Source: an uncultured virus (IMG/VR IMGVR_UViG_3300034418_003291) (lineage: Duplodnaviria > Heunggongvirae > Uroviricota > Caudoviricetes). Taken from it: a stretch of 64,000 nucleotides of DNA. Position numbers and translations under genes: made by a program. The stretch lies in IMG/VR virus record IMGVR_UViG_3300034418_003291. One strand, given 5' to 3'. This document shows positions 1-12,300 of this stretch, one piece after another; the first letter of the stretch is position 1, and each line of letters starts with the position of its first letter. A model generated the notes under the pieces. That model ran no database searches, had not been told where the DNA came from, and worked only from the letters and a program-made list of their open reading frames with translations.

Positions 1-2862
1 GCTATAGATCCTTTGGAAGGGGAGCTTATCTCTTTAGATGCTCAAATAGATCTTCTTGAAGCTGAAAGAGACTCGGTATTCGGTGGTCTAAACGATTTCC
101 TCGCCGGAAATATAGACGCCTTACAGTCGCTGCAACTTGCTGGTATAAGCAATCCCTTCGTAGTAGGGACTATTGATATCCCCTGTTTGGGTACAATCCC
201 GAATCTGCTTGATATCGTATTAAACATTCCTAACTTTAATTTTAGTCTAGATGCAGTAGCCAAAGCAGTAAGGGCGGCTGCGACCATAATCGTGCTTAAT
301 GCGGCAAAAAATAAAATCCTCGCTGTCATAGCAAGACTTACCAGAGACCAAAGAAACATTAACAAAGCACTCGCGGATAGAGCCAACGGAACCGCCCCGG
401 AACCAACGATAGATTACACGCGGGAAGATGTTAAGGAAGCCCTCGACGGAATAGCAGAATTAGACCCAGACACCTCAAGAGAGATTGAGGATTATAAGCA
501 GTTTGTAGAAACTCAGATCGTAGAGCCGTTCTTCGCTGGTCAGGCTGCACAAGACGCTAGAAGAGCGCAGCTAAGACTTCAAGTAGATCCAAAGGATGAG
601 AAACTATTCGATCTCGTCTTCGGTCCTCCCATCTCTACAGACGGAAAGTTCATCCTCTCCAAAGATGGTCTGTATTATGATTCCATAAATGGAGGCATCC
701 CAGATGTAGCAGTTCAGGAAGCATTGGCTTCTAATTGGAAACTTGAGTACGACCCCAATAAAGGCGGTAAAGGTATCGTTGTAACAAAGGATATCAATGA
801 GTTTTCAAACACGGTGTTCTCTGATAACTACACTGAGACTAACGATGTTGTAGAGTACCTTTATGATAATGACAAGATCGTCCAATCATTCATCGGGGAT
901 AAGGAGAAGCAGATAAGCGATGTGTCTGCAAATGTCACCGATCTTTTAGATCAAGGTTACGATGCTTCTAGTGCCTTAGTCTTAAACTACAGACAGAACG
1001 CAAACGCAATAGCTGCCACCTACGACAAGAAAATAAAGAAGAGAAAGAAGCAGCTACAACTAGCCGGATTGTTCGGCGGGTATACTTTGACCGATACATC
1101 TTTTCCTTTAGGTCAAGGGTACATCATCAATAGAGGTGAGGTGATTGATGCGGAAGGAGTCCCTGTTGGTTGGACAACCCTCACTGATAACACTGCTACA
1201 TTCAGTAACGGTGCTGAAGCAAAGCTATACGATATCCTTGAGTATGTTCCAGTAAACGACTTCAGCTTCTTGAGAGGATCTGGTCTTGTGCCAAACCTGG
1301 ACTACCAAACTGATAACTTAGTTCACGCTGCCGACGTCGAAGGTATAATCAAGCCTTTGCCTCCCAAGATCATCACTTCCCTAGAAGGAGGGACTGTCTA
1401 TGTCGATCAGTTCTCAGTCGTTGACGAGCCTGGAACAGAGTTTGTAAAGTCCTCCGACTCAAATGCCTCCTCTACAACTGCCAGCATTAAGAACCTTGAC
1501 GATACGGTTATAACAGATGGTTTGGTAGCCTGTCTAAATTTCCTGAAAGCAGACGTAGAAGACGCTTCTTCCACTTCGTACAAGCTGGATAATAGATCAA
1601 CCTCTTACAGCTTCTTAGACGCGAAGCTAGTGGCAGCAAGTGCCACGGACATATTCCCAAGCGGTGTGAGCATTGCGAAGCTAGGAGGAACTCTGGTGAA
1701 GGCTTCCGATCTATACTCACCTGAGCCTTGGTACGATGCCCTCACGAACGGAGGTTACGCCAGACTCAAGAACAATGTGACTGACGGTGAGCTAGATCCT
1801 AGAACACAAGCCATCGACAACCTTACTTATAACCCAGACGGCTTTACGGTAGACTTCTTCACTTACGTTCCGAATGTCTTATCAGATATGACAACCTCAC
1901 ACAGATACAGGTTGTTCATGGGATGTGAGAACACGGGGGCTGGCAGAGCAAAGGATTCGGATGCTCCAATCACCGCTTGCCCCAACAAGTTTGACGGCAA
2001 CGGAAACGTTACCACCGAAAGAGACTTCTCTAAAGTCCACGGATTGATTTTCGGTTACAGGGACAAGAGCGATGATGACACTCTCCAGCTTTGTGTTTTG
2101 CCTACCGTATCCCAAAACAAGGAAGACGGAACTTTCGGAGACTCTGTTGCACTAGCCGAGATCCCCTCCAATCCATACGATCCCAAGTCCTCACACACAG
2201 AGCTTGGCTTCATCATTGGGATGGATGCCACAACATCGAAAGGAAAAACAATCGGAGATGTGAGTTCTGGGTTCCACCACATTGCTTTGTCTGTTGATTA
2301 CAAAAAGGACAAAATAACCGCTTATATAAACGGCGAGCAACTGGCGACCTCTGCTGTATCAACCTGCTTCAAGCTAAATCCAGGTCAGCCTCTAAATGTT
2401 CCTAGCCCCGCCTCCGTGGATTCTGAGAGATACTCCAGAAGTATGGGAGTAAACAATAACCTAAGAAATACTGAGAGCCTACATGAGGGAGCATATGAAG
2501 CTCCGGCATTTTCTCTTCTAACTCCTTGGGTTATCGGAGGAGGGTTTACCGATATAGTCCCAAGATCAAGAAAGATGGAGTCTGATGCTGGGTTCAATAC
2601 TACTCCTCTGGGTTTCCTGGGATCAAACACAAACGACACTTACTACACAACTACTGTCGATGGAACCACGGGAGGTTTCCAAGGGCAGCACTCTCCTGGA
2701 CTAGGCGGAAGTCAGTACTCAGGAGTGAACAGAGTTATCCCTAGAAGTGGTCTAGACGGCTTTATTGGAAACTTCAAGTTGTACTCAAGACCTCTAACTA
2801 CTACAGAGATTACTCAAAACTACGAAGCCCACCAAAGCTTCTTTGAGAATATTCAAGTATAA
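1..2862 (+). CDS. Virion structural protein with C-terminal LamG/concanavalin-A-like domain (5' partial)
   Basis: Frame is open from base 1 (ORF track starts at TTG 13). C-terminal FHHIALSVD..ITAYING..G.IGNFKLYSRPLT..EI.QNY is typical of LamG-like jelly-rolls. Directly upstream of gp25. Confidence 0.65.
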   Translation, partial: AIDPLEGELISLDAQIDLLEAERDSVFGGLNDFLAGNIDALQSLQLAGISNPFVVGTIDIPCLGTIPNLLDIVLNIPNFNFSLDAVAKAVRAAATIIVLNAAKNKILAVIARLTRDQRNINKALADRANGTAPEPTIDYTREDVKEALDGIAELDPDTSREIEDYKQFVETQIVEPFFAGQAAQDARRAQLRLQVDPKDEKLFDLVFGPPISTDGKFILSKDGLYYDSINGGIPDVAVQEALASNWKLEYDPNKGGKGIVVTKDINEFSNTVFSDNYTETNDVVEYLYDNDKIVQSFIGDKEKQISDVSANVTDLLDQGYDASSALVLNYRQNANAIAATYDKKIKKRKKQLQLAGLFGGYTLTDTSFPLGQGYIINRGEVIDAEGVPVGWTTLTDNTATFSNGAEAKLYDILEYVPVNDFSFLRGSGLVPNLDYQTDNLVHAADVEGIIKPLPPKIITSLEGGTVYVDQFSVVDEPGTEFVKSSDSNASSTTASIKNLDDTVITDGLVACLNFLKADVEDASSTSYKLDNRSTSYSFLDAKLVAASATDIFPSGVSIAKLGGTLVKASDLYSPEPWYDALTNGGYARLKNNVTDGELDPRTQAIDNLTYNPDGFTVDFFTYVPNVLSDMTTSHRYRLFMGCENTGAGRAKDSDAPITACPNKFDGNGNVTTERDFSKVHGLIFGYRDKSDDDTLQLCVLPTVSQNKEDGTFGDSVALAEIPSNPYDPKSSHTELGFIIGMDATTSKGKTIGDVSSGFHHIALSVDYKKDKITAYINGEQLATSAVSTCFKLNPGQPLNVPSPASVDSERYSRSMGVNNNLRNTESLHEGAYEAPAFSLLTPWVIGGGFTDIVPRSRKMESDAGFNTTPLGFLGSNTNDTYYTTTVDGTTGGFQGQHSPGLGGSQYSGVNRVIPRSGLDGFIGNFKLYSRPLTTTEITQNYEAHQSFFENIQV

Positions 2863-3299
2863 TGGCTAATTCACTGTTTGCACCAGAGCTAGACTTCGTA
2901 ACTACATCCAGAAGACAACGGACTGTAGGTGTACGATTCCCTTTGTCCCGAACTGAAGGTGGCGACTGGTCAAAGCAGTTTGACCGTGACTTGATCTATG
3001 CTGGGTTTAAACAGCTTTTGCTAACCCAAAAAGGTGAGCGAGTCATGTTCCCTAACTTTGGAACAAATCTCAGAAGATACTTATTTGAGCCCGTCACCCA
3101 ATCCCTCAAGGACAGCATGGATGCTGAAATAAGAGAGGCAGCTAGGCTTTACGAGCCAAGAGTGGTTATTAGAGACGTCAGTATAACAAACGCCCCTGGA
3201 GGGAATGAGGAGTTCAACGGTATTTACATACTGATCAACTTATCTTTTGTGGATGACGCGGCTTCTCAAGAGCAAATTGAAGTAGTACTAACAACGTAA
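2862..3299 (+). CDS. gp25: Baseplate wedge / sheath initiator, gp25/GPW family
   Basis: LLLTQKGERVMFPNFGTNLRRYLFEP and YEPRV signature. Confidence 0.92.
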   Translation: MANSLFAPELDFVTTSRRQRTVGVRFPLSRTEGGDWSKQFDRDLIYAGFKQLLLTQKGERVMFPNFGTNLRRYLFEPVTQSLKDSMDAEIREAARLYEPRVVIRDVSITNAPGGNEEFNGIYILINLSFVDDAASQEQIEVVLTT

Positions 3300-4939
3300 T
3301 GGTAGATTTCACCAACCCCTTTAACGCCGCAAACGTAAGGTATAATGCGTCTGCTTTTGATGGAACCGTTCAAACGGACCTTCAAAAGCTTGGAACTGTT
3401 CAGGAGTCCGAAAAGAAAGGGTTAATTGACTACTCTGTCGCAGACTTCGGAGAATACAAAGAGGCGTTGCTGAGTTATGTGAAGGCTGTCTACCCAGACG
3501 ATTACAATAACTTCTACCAGTCTGATTTCGGTATTTTCATGACCGAACTTTTCTCGTATCTCGCTGCCACCCTCTCACTCAAGGCAGACTTCCTAGCAAA
3601 CGAGAGCTATATCGATACAGTACAAACCAGAGAAAACCTAACAAAGATTTTGGGTATCTTAGGGGTAAAGATACGGGGTCCAGTCGCAAGCAAGTGTACA
3701 GCCGTTGTTAAGAACGATGCTGGGGTTGCTGTCTCAAGCAGCGATCAGCTAACAATTACTAATGCTAATAGAAAGGTTGCAGTAACCTCAGGTAGAGATT
3801 CCACCAACGTATCCTTTACTTTATTTAAGACAGAGCCAACCAATGGCGGAATCTCACAGCTACTTGACACTATCACTGGAGACCTTATTCTTGACGCTTC
3901 AACATACTACAGCGATTCGACAAATCAGTTCAGTGGACTAGTTCTAGTCGAAGGAGAATATAAATCCATCTCTGGTAGATTCCCTGCCACCCAAGACCCC
4001 AAGACAGTGTTAATTAACGATCCTTCTGTCATCGAAGGAAGCATTGTCGTTTCAGCAGAGGATGGCGTTTTCAGTGAGATCCAAAGTCTGGCTCTAGCCA
4101 AAGACGGAAACGATCTGGTCTTTGAGAAGAGATACAACTCAGACTTTTCTGTCAACATTCTTTTTGGTGATGGGGTAAGAGGAAAGAATCCAACCGCTTC
4201 CACGGCATACTCAATATTTTATAGAACAGGCGGTGGAGACAGGGGAGATATCATAGACGGTACAATATCTCAAGCCATATCAGCAGATCTTACGGGGTCT
4301 TCTGTGTCAGTCACCATACAGAGTACTTCTAAGGCAACAGGCGGACAAAATGTTGAGACTGTAGAACACGCCAAGAAATATGCTCCGTACTTCTTCAAAA
4401 CTCAGTACAGAGCAGTAACAGGAGAGGATTACACTACCATCGCAAACAGTTACATCACCTCTGTTGGGTCTGTAGGCAAGGCTATCGCTGTTAACAGACA
4501 GAATGGTGCAGCGGGTAACATGATAGACATTTATACTTTGCTGAAGTCTTCTGAGAATCAGTTTGAACGCGCAAACCTTGATTTCAAATCTAAGATGTTG
4601 GGCTATATGAATGATTTCAAGATGATGACAGACGAAATCACTATTGTAGACGGTTTGGTAAGAACCCTTGACATGAAGGCAACCGTCTTTGTGGACAAAT
4701 CCAAGAGATCGCTGCAAGATACCATCAAGTCTGAGGTTGCCGGAAGAGTTACAGATTTCATGTCAATAGATAACATGGACTTTGGACAAACTCTCAGAAT
4801 TGACGAGTTAGCAAACTACGTTCTACAGAGCAACAATATCCGATTCTTCCGCATCGACAACTATAAGGATGATATCTTTGTAAGTCACAACGAGATCATT
4901 CAACTTAATAACCTAACACTAAACGTTGAGTTCGTATAA
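3299..4939 (+). CDS. gp6: Baseplate wedge protein, T4 gp6 / baseplate J-like
   Basis: DF..YK..L..Y, FGDGVRGKNP, YRTGGG..G, GG..VET, QYRAVTGEDY motifs; follows gp25. Confidence 0.9.
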   Translation: MVDFTNPFNAANVRYNASAFDGTVQTDLQKLGTVQESEKKGLIDYSVADFGEYKEALLSYVKAVYPDDYNNFYQSDFGIFMTELFSYLAATLSLKADFLANESYIDTVQTRENLTKILGILGVKIRGPVASKCTAVVKNDAGVAVSSSDQLTITNANRKVAVTSGRDSTNVSFTLFKTEPTNGGISQLLDTITGDLILDASTYYSDSTNQFSGLVLVEGEYKSISGRFPATQDPKTVLINDPSVIEGSIVVSAEDGVFSEIQSLALAKDGNDLVFEKRYNSDFSVNILFGDGVRGKNPTASTAYSIFYRTGGGDRGDIIDGTISQAISADLTGSSVSVTIQSTSKATGGQNVETVEHAKKYAPYFFKTQYRAVTGEDYTTIANSYITSVGSVGKAIAVNRQNGAAGNMIDIYTLLKSSENQFERANLDFKSKMLGYMNDFKMMTDEITIVDGLVRTLDMKATVFVDKSKRSLQDTIKSEVAGRVTDFMSIDNMDFGQTLRIDELANYVLQSNNIRFFRIDNYKDDIFVSHNEIIQLNNLTLNVEFV

Positions 4940-7900
4940 TGCCATACCGAGGTGACGATAAGATTCTTAAGTACAACTATGTCGAGACAATAAAACGTCT
5001 CGTACCTGATTTGTATTTGGATGAAGACCGCTCTGTTTCAGGAACGGAAAGTGATATCGCATACGAGGTTTTAGGCAAGATTATTCTGGCTGCCGTAGAA
5101 CACGAAGTTTTCTTCAACGTAAGTGCTAGAGATTCGTCAGCAACAGAGGCGTTCTTCGTTCCGATTAACGCAAAGACTAGAGTATCCGCTAACGATTACA
5201 AGAGATACGTCCTGAGCAGATTCGATAAGAACTTCTCTGATTTTAAGACTTCAGGAGCAGCGTTTGAGTTCCTTCGTGACTCAGTATTTCCTCAGATTGT
5301 CCTAAACAATCCTTCTACCTCATTCGTAGCAGCAGCTTCAGCAGACCCTAGCTATCCCGCCAGTTCAGCTTCTGAAGCCCATGAGCAACTTCTAGACAAT
5401 CTAGGTCTAGCTTACATACTCAACACTTCTAGTGCCGCAGGAGCGTCTACAGAGCTTTCCTCGGTGCTTCTTAGCTCTCTCACTAACTCCCTTTACTTCG
5501 GTGAGGAGTTCGCAGAGGAGCAAGGTATTTCAGTCCTTCTGGAGTACTGCTGGAGAAACAGAGAGGACGTATCAACACTAAAAAGATACCTTCCTCCGAA
5601 GCTGAGTCGGGACGATTCAGATATCAGCGCACTGTCCTATTCCTCAGGCATACAGGATTTAGACAGAATAAAGACTTACGCTGGAGTATGGCTAGAGCCG
5701 GGAGAAGAAGATGCCAACATAGTAGGCAAATCCCTCACTCTGTATAACGATGACGGAACCCTTTCTTCCGTATTCACAGAAGCGGGATCTTTGGGCAAGT
5801 TTTTACGAGCCATCGGATATGCGTTCTACGACGTAGACAAACTAATAGACGATCTTCAGGACTTGTTCGATGTAGAGGAGTGTCCTATTGAGTTCCTTGA
5901 TTATCTCGCCCGTACAGTCGGGTGGAGATTCTTAGGCGAGGACATTACTCTTTGGAGAGGTCAGCTAAGACAAGCGATCTATACTTATAAGGCGAAAGGA
6001 ACAAGAAAAGCACTCACCGACGCTCTCTCCTACGTCTTCCCTAAATCAGTCTCATCGTTTGATCCATCTTCAGATGTTTACTATACATTTGAGTCTTATT
6101 TGCCGTTCCTAATTTACTACGCCCTAAAAACAGAGTCAGCAATATGTAAAGACCCTGTTAGACTCAGGGAGTTTTTGGTAGAACAACTGGCGACAAATAA
6201 AGACGGATTGAGGATAAACGTAAGCCCAGACCAGGACACTAACATCAGGTTCTGTGTTGATGCGATTATGGAGAAGATCCATAAGGATGTTGGCTTCATC
6301 GACGTTAATGGGCAGACTGACATTTACGCTCTCAACCAAGGAAAAGGATTTGAGCATAGAGGCACTAATGTTGTCGTTCCTCCTTGGGAGAAGCACACAT
6401 TCTATAAAACAACTAAGATCACAAGACAAGTTCTTGATGCACTTAGAAAAATATTGGAAGGAAACTGTAACACAGACAGTTCTTTCGCATTCGATATCCG
6501 AGATGAGTTCATAGACGAACTCATCAACTATATCATAGATAAAACAACTATCGGTGTAGAGGGAACTGAGTCTCTTACCCTAGGTAACAATAACTTCCTC
6601 AGATTCTACACCTTCAGTGCAAACGTACCTCCAAACTATAGCTCTGTCATTTCAGACGGAGCCAGCGATGAGTTATCCGTTCTAGATTACTGGAACACTA
6701 GATCTTCAAACATCTTTGTCAAGTTCCCAGAAAATACGTTCACTGGACCAAACAGGATTAAGATTTCCGATGTACGGGACATCGCAAACGTAGTTTATGA
6801 GTATACTCCTTTACACGTTGTAGCAAGACTATACGTTCCAGAAGTTTTTACAGATGATTACGACGATCAAGGAGACAGCTTAAAGTTTACAGGTAGACTA
6901 TTCTTCGATGACAAGTCTACAAACCAGAACCAAAACTACAACACCTCAGGTTGGATTGGGACAAGCGGAGATCCTTCCTCTTGGACGTGGAGTAGCGCAC
7001 CTGCCTTAGAAAGAACCACTGGTCGAAGAAAGAACTTCAGATACGTTATTGACAGGCTGCTTCCAGATAGACAAGGTAAATCAATGCCTATGTCTATGGC
7101 ATTTTATTCTACCTCCGCCATAATAGCACCTAAAACGGTAGATTATTTTGCTCCCAAAGGTTTCGATTTTAACTCTCAAAGTTTTGTCGATGTGGACGGA
7201 GGACTTAGCTCCATTTATGATACTTCTAACTCGCCTATCATAAAAGATAACGTTATAACTCAGCAAGCCCCTGAAGGGTCAGCCCTCGGAGTGGATTACT
7301 CCGCAATGTTCCCAGTAAGGGCATACAAAGAATTAGACACCTGCTCTATTTCTCCTGAGTATAGAATTAAGTCGGGAGGATCAGCGCAAACCTTCTACGA
7401 CATAACGCTAAGACAAGGATTAGAAGATTCTACTAAACTAATCTTCTCGGAGAAGGACTATATTTCAATTCAGTTCAGCCCAGAGTTCCACCAGATGTGG
7501 GCTGATTACCGAAGAAAATTCAATCTCTCTCTAGATTCAAGCTCTTTGTCAATCCTTAACCACGCATATGGACCGGGATTCTATAACAATAAAATCCAAA
7601 CTCCAGGAGTTATTGCTGATTCCGCAGCAAGCTCATTCAGAGCTTACTCAGACTTAAACTCTGAGGATATCGCAATATCTGAGGGTCAGCTTCAAAGAAC
7701 GATAGGGGCAAGAGATTACAAAGGTCAGGCTTTCAGAACAAACTACGGGGAACTCATCCCCATGATTTATGAAGGATTGATACAGCAAGCAGGTTACGGA
7801 ACCTATAGACATGAGATAGAAAGTTACTTGCAAGACGAAGCATATTGCAACGAGACGTTCTTCTCAGGCGTTCAAATAGTAGCCCCGGAAAGAAATACGG

Positions 7901-9336
7901 AGATAGCCGTAAGGTCCATAGACGAGCTTAGAGAAGCTTGCGATAAATATACTTCAGGAACTGCACAGACATCCGTAACAGTATTCGGAGGAAGAGAGAA
8001 CGCAGGAGATCTGGCTTCTTTATTGAGAGTTAGATATCCTCTGACGAACAACAGAAACCATGTTGTAAATGGCGATCTGGTTCGTCTGCCAGACTCGTTT
8101 GTAGACCCCTCTACTTCTTCGATATACAACTGGGAATTGCTGGATCAAAACAGGTCCACCTATTTCTCTGGGACTGGTCTGACTGGAGACGGAAATATTT
8201 CCGTAGAATACCTAAGCTCTATAACTGAGACTCCCGTATCTTCTATTAGGATTCAAGGTGCTTCCGGGTGGGGAGGATCTCTAACGAATGCTGGAAACAT
8301 TAACACTTCCGTGGCAAGAACTCAGGAGATGAAGCGTCTCATCCCAGGAAGTGACTATACACTAACTTATGATGTTTCCTCGCAAGTAGCCTCTGGAGGT
8401 TTGGAAGTCTTTGTACGAAACCAATCACAAGACCTATATCTTTCCTCTGATGGGTCATGGACATCTTCGTTTGCTTACCTAAGCTCGGCTCCCGATAACA
8501 TTACTGATTTTTACCAAGTTACTAAGCAGTTTAGTATTCCTGTTTCCGCTCAAGGGGAGACAGAGGTGAAACAGTTTGGAGTCAATGATGCTTATCAAGT
8601 TGGATTTACCAATGTCGCAAGCTCAGTCGAGTACCTAAAAGACATCTTCTTGAGAGAGGACGGTCAAAACAGACTCTTTAAGGATGAGTACTACAGAATA
8701 AATGTTAAAGCCTCATGCGAAGATCCCAAGAGTCTTAGCAACTCTGTGGCAATACGGATATTGGCTTACTCTAAACTAGAAGATGGAGATCTTTTCGCAT
8801 ACTCTAAGAATGGGAGATGGGAAAAGATCCTGCCAGGAGAAGCGTACAGAGAGGATCATGTATTCGTGCATCCCGTAACTCCTGATGGAGAAGAAAACGA
8901 CATACAGTTTAGGTTCCAGACCCTCAATGAAAGAGGTCCGCTTGATAGGTCCATACGACAGCCCCTATATGTTAATGGCGGATCAAAGTACAGGAACGTA
9001 CACAGCGATAAAACTGAATACTATGTAGAGTTTATTCCGATTCTTCAAAAAAGAACTTTAGAATCAGATGCAGAGAAACCTTTTATAAAAATCTTTGATT
9101 TCTCATTCATAAACGAAAAATATGAGAAAGCCAGAGAAAATTACACCCGCAACGAGACCAAAGAACTGTTTGAGTTCTTCAACGGTCTCAAAGATTCATC
9201 ATTGACTAGAGACCCAGATACCGCTGAAACATTAGGTCTTGGGGTTTCTGGCGGTTCTAGACTTGACTATATAGATTATTACGGAGGATCTAACCAAGGT
9301 CCTAACTTCGAAGGGTTCACAATATTTCAGATATAA
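4939..9336 (+). CDS. Large baseplate wedge protein (gp7 / P2 gpI-like domain plus long extensions)
   Basis: LFDVEECPIEFLDYLARTVGW...LRQAIYTYKAKGTRKAL is the tail protein I/gp7-type motif; follows gp6. Confidence 0.75.
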   Translation: MPYRGDDKILKYNYVETIKRLVPDLYLDEDRSVSGTESDIAYEVLGKIILAAVEHEVFFNVSARDSSATEAFFVPINAKTRVSANDYKRYVLSRFDKNFSDFKTSGAAFEFLRDSVFPQIVLNNPSTSFVAAASADPSYPASSASEAHEQLLDNLGLAYILNTSSAAGASTELSSVLLSSLTNSLYFGEEFAEEQGISVLLEYCWRNREDVSTLKRYLPPKLSRDDSDISALSYSSGIQDLDRIKTYAGVWLEPGEEDANIVGKSLTLYNDDGTLSSVFTEAGSLGKFLRAIGYAFYDVDKLIDDLQDLFDVEECPIEFLDYLARTVGWRFLGEDITLWRGQLRQAIYTYKAKGTRKALTDALSYVFPKSVSSFDPSSDVYYTFESYLPFLIYYALKTESAICKDPVRLREFLVEQLATNKDGLRINVSPDQDTNIRFCVDAIMEKIHKDVGFIDVNGQTDIYALNQGKGFEHRGTNVVVPPWEKHTFYKTTKITRQVLDALRKILEGNCNTDSSFAFDIRDEFIDELINYIIDKTTIGVEGTESLTLGNNNFLRFYTFSANVPPNYSSVISDGASDELSVLDYWNTRSSNIFVKFPENTFTGPNRIKISDVRDIANVVYEYTPLHVVARLYVPEVFTDDYDDQGDSLKFTGRLFFDDKSTNQNQNYNTSGWIGTSGDPSSWTWSSAPALERTTGRRKNFRYVIDRLLPDRQGKSMPMSMAFYSTSAIIAPKTVDYFAPKGFDFNSQSFVDVDGGLSSIYDTSNSPIIKDNVITQQAPEGSALGVDYSAMFPVRAYKELDTCSISPEYRIKSGGSAQTFYDITLRQGLEDSTKLIFSEKDYISIQFSPEFHQMWADYRRKFNLSLDSSSLSILNHAYGPGFYNNKIQTPGVIADSAASSFRAYSDLNSEDIAISEGQLQRTIGARDYKGQAFRTNYGELIPMIYEGLIQQAGYGTYRHEIESYLQDEAYCNETFFSGVQIVAPERNTEIAVRSIDELREACDKYTSGTAQTSVTVFGGRENAGDLASLLRVRYPLTNNRNHVVNGDLVRLPDSFVDPSTSSIYNWELLDQNRSTYFSGTGLTGDGNISVEYLSSITETPVSSIRIQGASGWGGSLTNAGNINTSVARTQEMKRLIPGSDYTLTYDVSSQVASGGLEVFVRNQSQDLYLSSDGSWTSSFAYLSSAPDNITDFYQVTKQFSIPVSAQGETEVKQFGVNDAYQVGFTNVASSVEYLKDIFLREDGQNRLFKDEYYRINVKASCEDPKSLSNSVAIRILAYSKLEDGDLFAYSKNGRWEKILPGEAYREDHVFVHPVTPDGEENDIQFRFQTLNERGPLDRSIRQPLYVNGGSKYRNVHSDKTEYYVEFIPILQKRTLESDAEKPFIKIFDFSFINEKYEKARENYTRNETKELFEFFNGLKDSSLTRDPDTAETLGLGVSGGSRLDYIDYYGGSNQGPNFEGFTIFQI

Positions 9337-12300
9337 TGGTTGCAAGTTCTACTAATACGGTTGTCGTAGATGGTGCTAGAAAAACCATCGCAGAGGTGTT
9401 TGCTTATGATCCCGCTCCTAGCGGATTCACGGATGCAAGCACCATAGACGCTGTTCAGAACTACCAGATAGCAGCAGTCGCTTTTTCCCCTCCCTTTGAG
9501 GCGTTCAGCAAATTTTCATCTCACAGAATTCTTGATCCATCGTCCCTAGTAAATGTATCTGGGTACATTTACCAGCTTCCTTATCCTAGAAATTTTGATC
9601 TCGATTTAGACGGTGTTCCACAGCCAAGGTATTCTGACGGGGAAGATAACTTTATTGAACCTAGTCTTCTGTATGTCGAAGGAAACCCTAGAGTAACTTT
9701 CAATCCTTTAACAGTAGAGTCTCTAGTAGGTCAGGATTACGCAGTCGTAGATTATCCTCTAGAAGATTTTAATATTAACAATGTTCAAATCTTTGGAGAG
9801 TCTGAGGCACGGATAAACGCCAGAGTCATAAGAACAAAAGGGACAGACAAGGATTACTACAACTTTTCTACTAAAAGGTTTCAAGACCTTCCCACGAAAA
9901 AATCCTTTCCCTTTGAAAACGGAGTCGTACAGTTTCCTTTAGACCTTCAAACTTTAAACAGTCAAGCTTCTAAAGTAAGTATAGAAAGATACGAATACAC
10001 CTTGCAGCTAGAACTACCTACAGATAACCTGTATGAAAAGGGTAAGGTGGTTATCGACGGCGTAAAAGCTTCAAATGTTTCTCTCACTATCTTTCCTCCC
10101 GTAGGTCGCTCTAAAATATCCAATATTGTTTATAACGGAGATTTTTCAGTTTATGAGACTTTATCAGGAACTGAAACCATAAACCCGGAGGAGTACGGTC
10201 TAGCCACGATTCCGGGATGGGATCAATATAATCCTCTATCTAAGTCTACAAACCCGGAAGATGAAGTCAGTGGTTTGGGACGAGTATCTCTTTTCAAAGA
10301 TTGGATAGGCGATAACTATGTAAGGCTTCATGCATCATCAACGGATTTAGTAAACTTCAACAATGGAGCAGCAGCCCTAGAAACTAAGTTTACAATTCCC
10401 TCTCCTACAGACAGCTTGCTTACTCAGCCTAGTCCTGCTGGAGGGACCAACAATTCAAACTCTGGACCTTTCAATAGGTATGTTGAGATTTCTTTTGATT
10501 GCAGACTCTCCACTTCCAGTGCTGAAGGTTTGTTCGTAGAGTTGCAGAATCTCACTGACGGAACGTACTACAGTTTTTCTGACAAAGACAATGGTTCCGC
10601 TGGATGGGGATCAGCTTCTACAAGACATCAAATATCCTACTCCAAAGGAAATGCAGAGCCACTAATAAGTAACAACATTAGTTTGTTCGCAAATATCCTC
10701 GGGTCAAAAGTAAACGATGTTTATAAAGTCACGTTCATAGGAGGATCAGACTCTGGATTTGCCGACACGGATATCAAGAACATAAGAATCGGATACTTGA
10801 CGGATGTTCCTTTTGCATCCGATACATTTAGATTCTCAAAAGCAGAGTCCATAGAGAACACACTAAAGACTGGAGATGAGCTTCTAGGTGCGTCTGGAAT
10901 CGTCCTATACGATCCTACCAAAACTCTAAAAGCCCCAGTCGCGTTAGGAGAGGCTCCTTATACCAACACGGATATAACAACTTACGTTACCATCCCTTTT
11001 ACTGGAATGGAGCCAAAGAAAAAGTATTTGTTGGTAATAGACTCTGAGTCAACAAGTTCATCGGACGCAACTTATACAGGACAGCACCAAATAGGCGTAA
11101 AGCTCTCGCATCTGGACTACTGCGATATCTTGTCTCAAGGAGATGTTAACCTTCTAAATCAAGTAGGGTTTGTCAGAAATAGAAACTATGGTTCCCCGAT
11201 TAGGGCTAACACAGACGTAATACTTTCCAGATATCCAGAATTTGGCAGATACAATAATAGATTTAGACTAGACTCTGAAAGCCAGAATGGGTTTGAAGAT
11301 AAAGATGCATACTCTTTAATGGGTCTAGACATTAGCGGTTATAATTTAACAGAGCCGTCCTTTGTTCCAGTAAGACCTAACACAAAAGTTACAGTAAAGC
11401 TAGATTCCGAAAGAATTAAAGGTCTTACAACATCTGGAGTCTATAGAATAAACTTAGGTCTGTATAACGTAAACTCCAAAAAGAAAAGATTCTTAGACTT
11501 CAAAACAAATACCTTCGCAACAGAACTAGAAAGTTCTGATGGGTTGGTATCCTATCCCGGAACTCTGGCAGGATTAGACTTACAAGAGGCTCAGAACCTA
11601 GATGATAGGTTCACCAAGAAGTTTGCAACTATAACGTCCTCTCTAACGGAATCAGAAGAAGTAGAATTTTCTTTTAACATTCCTCCCAGATCTGATTTGG
11701 GCAGTGATTATATCCTTCCTGATAATACTTCTCTTTTATTCTTCAATATTATTGAGCAGCCAGATACCGTAACAGAGTCGGACTTAAGCCGTTCCAGAGA
11801 CTCTTTGGTAAATAAAAACTTAAGACTAAAAAACTTTGAGATCTTAGGCAGATATGCAAACGCATGGCATCTAACTGGACCAATTGGAAGGGATTTTGAT
11901 TTCGTTCAAAAAGGTCTTGAGTATAACTTCTCAGGAGCTTTCAGCGGCATACCTTTAGATGGGTCGGAAAGATACGGTATCGGTGAAAGAGCAAGAAGCG
12001 GTTTAGAGTCCACGTTCATAAAAGATGTTACATTAGGAGAAAAGATCGCAATACCTATTTACGGTCTGGACAACGCGGATATATCCAATAATACTGCTGT
12101 GCTAGGATCGACCTCAAGAGAAAGCACTTACGCGCTTACTTTGATTAGTAAAGGAGGTCCTGATGCTGTGATAAAATCTGTAAAGCTCGTAGATGCTTCA
12201 CTGCCTTCTTACCAAGGAGACACTAGGCTTGATAACAGATCAAACATAACCTCTGAGGACTCAACGGTCTACAGTGATGACGTAATGCAAAAATCCATCC